Part shown: positions 52,601 through 61,157 of the stretch, one piece after another | How positions within the stretch are numbered: the stretch's first letter is position 1 | Layout: every line of letters begins with the position of its first letter | Assembly: GCA_037447605.1 (NCBI GenBank) | Contig: CM074807.1 | Location: forward strand, 992,001-1,056,000 | DNA length: 64,000 nt | Direction of reading: 5' to 3' | From: Zygnema circumcarinatum SAG 698-1b | Lineage: Eukaryota > Plantae > Zygnematophyceae | Translations under genes and position numbers: made by a program | The notes under the pieces: generated by a model | Told to the model about the DNA's origin: nothing | Database searches by the model: none | Seen by the model: only the letters and a program-made list of their open reading frames with translations

Positions 52601-55600
52601 AAAACATGAAACCCTAAAAACCCTAAAAACCCTAAAAAACCCTAAAAACCCTAAAAACCCTAAAAACCCTAATATCCCTAAAAACCCTAAAAACCCTAAA
52701 ACCCTAAAACCCTAAAAACCCTAAAAACCCTAAAAACCCTAAAAACCCTAAAAACCCTGAAAACCCTGAAAACCCTGAAAACCCTAAAAACCCTAAAAAC
52801 CCTCGAATGTGGCTCCGCCCGCAGCAACGCACCCTGCGAGAATGCATTGCGGATTCAATGGTCGAGCCACGTCAGCTCGAGTTCGACCTTATCAAGCTTC
52901 TGGGTACGAGCTATGGAGGCATGGCAGACACGCAAAGTTCACTGCACATCATGCGGAATGGTACGTGGAAATTGCTCAAGTTCTTGTTTGCTTGGAGATG
53001 TACCCATTTGGGAATTGGCTGTGTGTGGATTTACCCCCAAAACATTCCCACACTAGATACTAGGACTCCCATTTTGGTAAAATTTTAGGGCTTGCTAATA
53101 AAACATAGAAGATAGAACATAGAACATAGAACATAGAACATAGAACATAGAACATAGAACATAGNNNNNNNNNNAGAACATAGAACATAGAACATAGAAC
53201 ATAGAACATAGAACATAGAACATAGAATTCTTCGCAGCTTCCATGTCGAGTCCTGAGCCTCTTATCTGTTCTCTGTATTTGCTTCTTGTTTTGAATATTT
53301 GCAGGTCAGATCCGAGTGATGAAACGGACCGAGGTCGCATTTGCAGTCGTGGAAGTGCTCGAAGCGCGGGGTTTGGAAGCCAAGGACTCGAACAGTACGT
53401 TTTTCATATTCACATAAAGGATGTCTATGTTTAATTTATATGTTTGCTGGTGGAAAGTGGTGAGAATCTCAACTTGCGTGCATCGCTCGGTCCCTATGTG
53501 AGGAAAGGTGGTGAGAAAAGGGAGAGTTTCTAGTGGGAGGGTATGCAGGCAGGTGCAGCTTGATTCCACTTTTTGAACTCTTTTAGGGACAGACAACTCC
53601 TTGAATGCGTGAATCGCTGAACTCGCGTGCCAACCTTTTTTTGCGGACTCCTTGTTGTGTTAGAATATGTTTGTGAAGTATTTGATGCTCAAACTTAGCA
53701 CCCTAAACCCGGAAAACCCCATGAACCCAGATAGTTGGCTAATTGACATGGTCATACCCCTCTTACCTTTTCGTAAATTCATTGAGGAAAGTCTTTGGAT
53801 ATAGGTTAGATGTTAGTTCGAGCTATGAGGCTTCTATGAATCATCATAATGCAGGTGCTGGATACAGTCTGTGATGCACTACTAGTTTTGAGTATTTATG
53901 ACTCTCTTTGTCAATACGGAGAGTCCTTCATACAAACGTTATTCAAACACAAGAACCGAAGCCCACTTTCTTCTTCGATTCCTGTGAGCTTTTATCGTAA
54001 CCACCTTCTTCCTCAATTGGTGAATGTTGAACAGGTCTCCTCGATCCGTATGTTCGCATGAAGATGGGCCGCTTGAAGCTGCATACCCAAGTGAAGAAGA
54101 AAAACATGGCCCCTGCTTGGAACGAAATTTTCCGTCTGCCAATCTCTTCATGGGATGCTCCGACCACAGTTCATTTTATTCTAAAAGACCGCGACATCCT
54201 CGGCACCAAAAACAATCTGGTGAAACCAAATTGCTCTAAACAACTGTCATCTTGGATTCAGAATGGTGGTTGTATGCCTGTTCGTTTTTTCAAAGAATGT
54301 GTCAACCAGAGCATTACATGTTCCCCATACTGCCCCTAACACTCTCATTCATTCATTTGTCTCTACGGTTCTATGTGATGGGAAAGGCTGACAAGAATTT
54401 ACGCTTGCATGTGGCATTTTTAGGGTTTTTAGGGTTTTTGTCTCACACACTGCCAAACTTTGGAGCTCTTTGCTTCGGCGCTTTGCAGGGGCATTTTAGG
54501 GTTTTTAGAGTTTTAGGGTTTTTAGGGTTTTTGCATTTTAGGGTTTTTAGAGTTTTAGGGTTTTGAGGGTTTTTGTCTCACACACTGCCAAACTTTGGAG
54601 CTCTTTGCTTCGGCGGTTTGCAGGGTCATTGCAGTTTGGACCTTTCCAACTACCGAGATGGAGAGCGCCATGACTTGCAGCTCCGCCTCACGGGCTGCAA
54701 ATTAGGGCAACTGAGAGTGGCTGTAACTGTTGTGGAGGAGAAACCCTGCTCTCTCTCGCCTTCACCTCTTAGTGATAATGGGACCCCTACTTTATCCTCA
54801 ACAGAAAAGTTATATGCTTCCAGCCCTTCCTTGGCATCTCTAAGTTCAGATTCTCTGTCAGAGAGCGTGGGAGGGTCATCCTGCCGCTTCACAAAGAATG
54901 AAACCCAACCATTAGAAAGTCTAAGCTCGTTCCAACGTCGACAGGCCCTCTTTTTGAACAGAAAGGAGGAAGCTAACGGAGGTTTGCAGCTTCAGAAACC
55001 AATGCAACCAATGCAGAGACGAAATCTTGAGACAGAAAATGCACATTGTGAGGGTGAAGAACAGAGTGCTGAGGTCCGATCTCAGTGTAAAAAACGGAAC
55101 CACTTTTTGGTGCAGCCGGGGAAGACTCTGCATAGTTGGTTTCATGCAAAACCTGATCAGCCCACCATGTCCCATTCAAGAAGCATGCCAACCCCTCCCA
55201 ACTTTGATGGAATGTCCGATAGTGATTCAGCACTCCCTATCTCCCGTTCAGAACCCACTGCCACTCCCTCAGACTCTCTTGAGGGTTGTGGGCTACCAAA
55301 CCAATTTGTGGAGAGGGATGGCCAAAGGGGCAACATGGCTGTGGAAAAGGATGCAGTTCAGGGGACCATTCTAACGTCTGATTACTCCTCTCCAGTGGCT
55401 GCCTTGAAGGCTACTACTGAACACGTTGGGGAGCATAAGGTGCTGGAAAGAAGGCGGTCTATTTCCCAAGTAGAAGAACTATTAGACATGTCTCCAAGTG
55501 GAAGTGTCATTACAAGACATACAGAGACTTGGGAGTTTTCTGAACGGCAACCGGAGCCTTGTAAGGAGTCGGCGTATTGCCTTCATGCTGGAAGGCGAGG

Positions 55601-55865
55601 ACGGAAACATGTGTTTCCACCCTCCGTGAATGTAAAGGCGGAGCTGGTGGACCTGTGTGCAAAACTTATCCTTTCGCATCCGAAGGAACAGTCACGGCAT
55701 CGAAGGAGAAGCCTTTCTCCCCCGTTAGTCCGACCTTCATTACAGGGGAAACCTTCGGGTCGTGGGTACATGAGATGCACTTTGGATGCTCTCGACTTGG
55801 AAGTTCAGTCCCGCAACGCTACCTTATGCCACAATTCGCAGAACCAAACTTTGCAAAGGTTGTGA
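49614..55865 (+). CDS. NTMC2T6-like (At1g53590-type) TM-SMP-C2 membrane-tethering protein
   Basis: N-terminal TM. SMP motifs EWFNALMEKIW, LSLGSSPP, GKLRAGLKF..YP, DVLDLPGVASWV. C2 domain VVEVLEARGLEAKD..DPYVRMKMG..WNEIFRLPISSWDAP..KDRD..GHCSLDLSNYRDGERHDL. Long Ser-rich tail. Confidence 0.85.
52609..52803 (-). repeat. Interstitial telomere-like array (CCCTAAAAA)n = (TTTTTAGGG)n, intronic
   Basis: About 21 units, mostly T5AG3, with T4AG3 and CCCTGAAAA variants. Confidence 0.9.
53103..53227 (+). repeat. (CATAGAA)n heptamer satellite containing an N10 gap
   Basis: Directly visible. True length unknown because of the gap at 53165-53174. Confidence 0.9.
54416..54574 (+). repeat. Interstitial (TTTTTAGGG/TTTTAGGG)n array interrupted by a duplicated 49-bp acceptor segment
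   Basis: Telomere-like units at 54416-54439 and 54493-54574; duplicated segment at 54440-54488 and 54575-54623. Confidence 0.9.
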
Positions 55866-56807
55866 AGGAGGGCGAACTTACAAGGCCTTGCCCTCATGCC
55901 GCTTCCCTCCCCTCTCTTTCTCTTTCTTCTCCGCTTCTCTCCCTCTCTGCCGCTCTTTTCCTCTCTCCCCTCTTCATATCGTTGTATCACAAAATCTTGT
56001 CGAAGAATGTTGAATCCTTAGGATTCTGTAGACAGCCAGTGGGCAGTGAGCATCGCTCGTTTCTACAGAACAGCGAGATGCTCGTGGTTTGCAGCGCTAG
56101 ACTGGCGGACGGGTAACTGTTTAGGCTCTATGCGGTGCGATGGTTTCTGTTTTTTCTTTTTTTTTTTTTTTTTAAGGGTTTGGATAGCTTAAGCCCCGTG
56201 CCTACGTCTCGTGCTGTGCGGCAGAAGTGCTGCATTGTGACGAGACGTGTAAATGCAGTATTGTATATGGACCGATATTATTATATGTGCAGTCAGAGCA
56301 GCTTTGATTTTTCGCACTACGAGTACTCCTTGCATTATGATGTCCAGATAAAGGCACTTTTTTCACTGTAAATGATAAGTTTTCTGAGTTAATTTGTCAT
56401 GAGTTGTTGTGATGTTCAGTGTAGCTTTGTGCAGGGGGCGTGTTGTGAGGTAGGGAGCCATGAAAGTTAAAAAAAGTAAAAATCAAAAGTCAATCAATGC
56501 CATTTCCCCTTCTTCGTTCAAAAATCACTTTTACAGCCATCCCTAATCAGGGCCTTCTTGGCTCATCGGTATTGACTTTACAAAGGCGCCGTCATGAAAT
56601 GGTAGGAAATTAACGGTTACAACGCGTAGGCATGACTTTATCAAAATGCTTTAGATGGCACATCCTCTGCTCTTTAGATGGCCAATGGTCTAAGAATCAT
56701 CAAAGCGTGTGTAAAACATGACTATAAAAATGCACATCAAAGTTAAAAATGTGTTCCAGACAGTTCTTCGTGGTTCCCCATGTCGCTTTTGTCCATGTCA
56801 CCCAAGT

Positions 56808-56929
56808 CAGTGGCGGATCCAAGATTTTTGCTTAAGGGGGCTGAGCCCTCTTTCGATAAAAAAAAGTTGAATTTTTAAAATCTGAGGGGGGGCTAAGCGC
56901 CCCCAATTCGTATATTTAGGTCCGCCATT
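56808..56929. mobile_element. Possible short MITE-like element with degenerate terminal inverted repeats
   Basis: Left end CAGTGGCGGATCCAAG; right end TTAGGTCCGCCATT (reverse complement AATGGCGGACCTAA). Internal GGGGGCT motifs. No clear target-site duplication. Confidence 0.4.
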
Positions 56930-57295
56930 TAGGTCCCAAATGGAACAAACAGTAAGTCTTCATGAAAATACACTTTGCACATTCACAAGGTCTACCGACT
57001 TGCAGCACTCACTGGAAGCATTTTACCATGTGTAGATATTGAGCAGCAGTCAGTCGCCCATTGAACTTCGAGTTGCGAAATGTGTTAACTTTATTCATCC
57101 TAAACTCAAATCCCGAACTCTGATCGAAACCCCTACCACCCCCCATCTAACCTGCATCACCCCCAAAACCAAAACAAACCACCAAACCAATTAAAATCTA
57201 CCAATCAAACCCACCAAGGAGAGAGGAGACGCACTCGATTTCTTTACACCAGGACCACCCAAACATCAAACCCAACACGAAAACTCCCTCTTTCT

Positions 57296-57830
57296 TCACT
57301 CCTTATCGAGACACATTGCCAAAAGCTCTCTAATCTCTTCCATTGGAAGGCGAGCTTCAACCGCCGCTCTAACAACAAAGTGCAACCGCCGCTCTTCTGC
57401 CTTCGCCTTTTGTTCGCACTCCCATCGCCGCCTGTCCTCCGCTTGAGCTGCGACCAGTCTCGCCTCTTCCCTTTCCTTCCACTTTCTCGCCTCTTCACGT
57501 TCTGCCGCAAGCCGCCTCTCTTCTCGCTCCCACTTCTCCTTCTCCCACTCGATCTGTTTCGACCAATACGTTTCTGTTTGCTTCAAGGCAGAATCGCCCA
57601 AAAGGGCCATCACCGAAGAAGATTTAAGCTGCACATGCAAATCAGATGTTGCACTTTGTTAGCCCTAATTCACGCTAATCAAATTTAAGCTCTCAAACTA
57701 TAAACGACGAGGTTCTACATCCAATAGCCTAAGACATACGTGTTTAAAAATGAAAAGAATCTACGAGGTAAACGCTAAGCCATGAATGGAAAACCTTGAA
57801 CTCTAACCTCAACATTGCAAACTGTCCTCC

Positions 57831-57874
<44 letters not shown>

Positions 57875-60171
57875 GTAAACCAGCCCATCTCACTCTCTCT
57901 CTATGCGGTATCCCACCTCTCTCTTGCTCTCCCACTGTCTCTCCCTCTCCCCCGACTCCCCCTCCCTAGGCAGCAGCCCTCCTCTCTCACACATGGACTA
58001 ACCCTTTTCTCTCTCCCTCCTCTCTCTCTCTTCTATTTTCTTCATGTCGTCACCTTTGAGGAGCCTCCAATGAGTGCTGGTTGCATCTTTCTTCGACCTT
58101 TCATTCTATTCATTTGCACGTCCGCCTCTAAAGCTTCGGAGAAGACATTGCCTTCTCCGACCTTCACCCCCCCGTCCCCTCTCCCTCTCTCTCTCTCTGC
58201 CGGAGTGCAATTGTGAGCCTCTTGATGCCAATCGAGATAAACACCAGACTCTCTCACATTTTGGGGCGTATCTACGGCCTTCTCTCTATCGTCTTTCATT
58301 CGGGAATCATCTTCAGCTTCAGCTTCAACACTACTTTCTTTCTGCCCTTCACTGTCCTCTAAGTTAAAGTTGCCAACCTTAAACCCACTGCCTGTCCAAT
58401 CCGATATTGTACCCAGATTGCCACGTAATCTGCTTCCAAACAACTCCAACATCCGTCCATAATGAGAACCCCACTGCTCTAACTTCTCTTTCAAAGAACG
58501 AAAACCTGCTTCACGATCATCTTCCGCCAAACCAGCATCAGAGTCCAGAATTTCAGACAAATGTTCTTTAAATCTACGAAAAAGGTAATTCCACCGTTGC
58601 CTCATCTGCTTTGAAGTCATGAGCAACTCTCCTCCACTGGTAACCTTAAGATGCTCTGCTAGCAGCTGGAATGCCTGCTTCTTAGTTTTAATCATACCGT
58701 TTACTTTTGTGTTTCCCCCATTTCCAAACAAGAGATTGAAATGCCTTTTTTCTTCCATCCATGCGAGCATGGAATCAATGTGATCTGCTCTCATGTGCTT
58801 TCCGGACTTTGAATCTGGAGATTTCTTTTTTCTGTTTCTTTTCCTGCTTCCTGCTTCCTCTTTTGACGCCTTATCTTCCGTCCGCATGTCAATCGATGCT
58901 TCTGTGTGGAGGGCCTGGAAAGATCAAAAAAAAAAAGTGGAAAAATGCATCGGTGCTTGCATGTTCTAACAAAATTTTCATACTTGAAGTTTGAAATGTT
59001 GAAGTTGGAGAGTTGGTATACAATCGTATGGTTTTTAAGTTGAAGGCTTACAGGGGGCAGGGATTAGGTTTTAAGGGTTAGGAAGACCTAAACCCTAAAA
59101 CACTAAACTTAGGGCAGGGTTTAAGGTTTCGCGTTCAGGGGTTAGGGTTCAGGGTTCAAGGAGTAGGGTTATAGGCATAGATTTAGAGCTTAGATATTAC
59201 AGGTAGTGTTAAAGTTTAGCGTTAAGGGAATAGAGATTAGGATTTAGGGTTTATTATTGCTTAGTGACCGCGGGTTAGGGTTCAAAATTTAGAGATTAAG
59301 AATTAATCTATAATTGGGTTGAGAATTAGGGTTGAGGTTTAGGGTCGTAGGGTTTAAACTAGGGTTTATGTTTAGGGTTAAGGGATAAGGGTTTAAGTTT
59401 TAGTGTCAGGGGGGCAGGCTTCAGTGTTTAGGGTTAAGGTTCAAAGTTTTTGAGTTTAGGACTAGGGTTTATGTTTAGGTTAACGGCTTCGGGTTTAAGG
59501 TTCATGTTCGAGTCGAACTTCAAGGTTTTGGAAATAAGGTTTAGGGTTTAGAGTTAGGGTTGATGTTAAGGTAGAATTCAGGTTTAGGGTTTGCGATTTA
59601 GCGTAAGGGGTTACGATTTAGGGCGTAGGTTTGGGCATTGAGCGTTTAGGGTTTAGGGTTAAGGTTTAGAGATAGGGTTTAGGGGTTAGGGTTTATGGTT
59701 TAGGGTTTAGGGTTTAGGCTCTCCCTCCCACTCTCCCTCCTCCCTCCCTTCCTCCCTCCACCTCTTTAGTTCGTTTATATTTGTTTTAGCTAGCATTCAT
59801 CATCAGCCTTGACTCGCGGCGTTTGTTCTCGGCTATCTCTCCCAAACCTCAGCAAGGTTTAGGGATTAGGATTTGACGCGGTGACGAATTTAGGGACAGA
59901 AAATTGCCCTCCATTTTGAAGGCTTAGGGTGTAGGGTTCAGGGATTAATTAGGTCGCTCCATATGAAGGAGGAGGAGGGCCCTACCTCGTCTGCGGAGGG
60001 ACTCCTCCGAGTGGCGCCACTTGTAATTCTAAAAATGTGCACTGCTTCAGGCGGCTGCTTCACACTGGGGGGGGGTCGCCGTGAGGGCGAGGGGGCGGCA
60101 TCAGGGGGAATGAAAGAAAGGGGGATGCGACGAGGGGGAGAGGAGGACATGGCGTGATAGCGCTGCTGCAT
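57296..60171 (-). CDS. Myb/SANT(trihelix)-like DNA-binding protein with a C-terminal coiled coil; 3 exons (60171-59986, 58914-58054, 57628-57296), alternative first exon 60721-60545
   Basis: Basic NLS RKRNRKKK; helical segment MLAWME..FNLLFG..KTKKQAFQLLAEHL..QMRQRWNYLFRRFKE..LKEKLE..HYGRMLELFG; E/R/K-rich coiled coil. All junctions are phase 0 GT-AG. The family call is by pattern only. Confidence 0.6.
59060..59718 (+). repeat. Degenerate interstitial telomeric tract (TTTAGGG/TTAGGG) in intron 1 of the Myb-like gene
   Basis: Dozens of decayed TTTAGGG/TTAGGG units, most intact near 59640-59718. Confidence 0.8.
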
Positions 60172-61157
60172 AGAGAGAGTGAGTGAGTGAGAGAGAGAGA
60201 GAGTTTAGAATTTAAAATTTTGAAAAAAATATGAATTTGAATTTTGAGTTTTGGTTTAGAATCTGGGGGTGTTAGGTGAAGGATTCTATAATTTTGGATT
60301 GTTATGGTAAGGCTGCTGGAGTCAAGATGCAGAATTAATGGTTTAGAACATAAGAGTTCTTGGGCTGAGTTGCAGAAATTAGGGTTTCGAAGTCAAGGCT
60401 GTAGAGTACGGGTTGCAAAATGTGGGTCGGGGGTAAATGTAATGTGGTAGAGTTCAGGATTACATAGTTTTGTGTTTCGAGCATGAGCAACAGCATTAGG
60501 TCAAGTTGTGAGCGATCGGGCTGCAACAAATGAGCAATTTGTACCTCGTCTGCGAAGAGGCTATTTTGGGAAGAGGCGTACAGAACCAAAAGGCCCTGAT
60601 CGTTGTTTAAACTGTGCGATTGAAGATGAGATTCTGGGCACGCTGAGCGAATTACAACGGCGGCGAGAGGGAGAGAGATTCGTCTCGGTCGAGGGAACGA
60701 TAAACGGCAATGGTGCTGCATAGACAGAATCACGCAGCGATGAGTGAGAGAGAGAGAGAGGAAGCACAATCGAGAAGGATGGCAAAAGACGATGGCTGCA
60801 CAAAGTAGGATAGGACGATTAAACGAAAGCAAGTGAAGCTAATTTAAGGGTATGCAGAACAAGCGGGAGAAGACCTTGTCTGCGCCAATCGTGGGGCGTT
60901 CATTGTATTGGACGTCCGATCATGAAGGGGGGTGAGAGTCCTGCACCGGTTAAGTTATCGGCAGAGAGAGAGAGCAAAAGAGAGAGAGAGAGCGAGAGAG
61001 AGAGAGACGGAGAGTTGCAAACGACCAAAAGTAGGGTACAGTTCTGACTGACCACTCTTTTCGTGCCACGTGTACATTTTATCCCCGTGGCGCGTCCTCA
61101 TTTGAGGGTGGCCTTGGATAGAGAGAGCGAGGGGAGGAGAGGTAGGGGAGGGGAGGA

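Noticed and set aside
54416-54623. Repeat-spacer-like pattern suggesting CRISPR
   Set aside because: Only two copies, the intervening sequence is telomeric repeat, the context is a eukaryotic intron and there are no cas genes.
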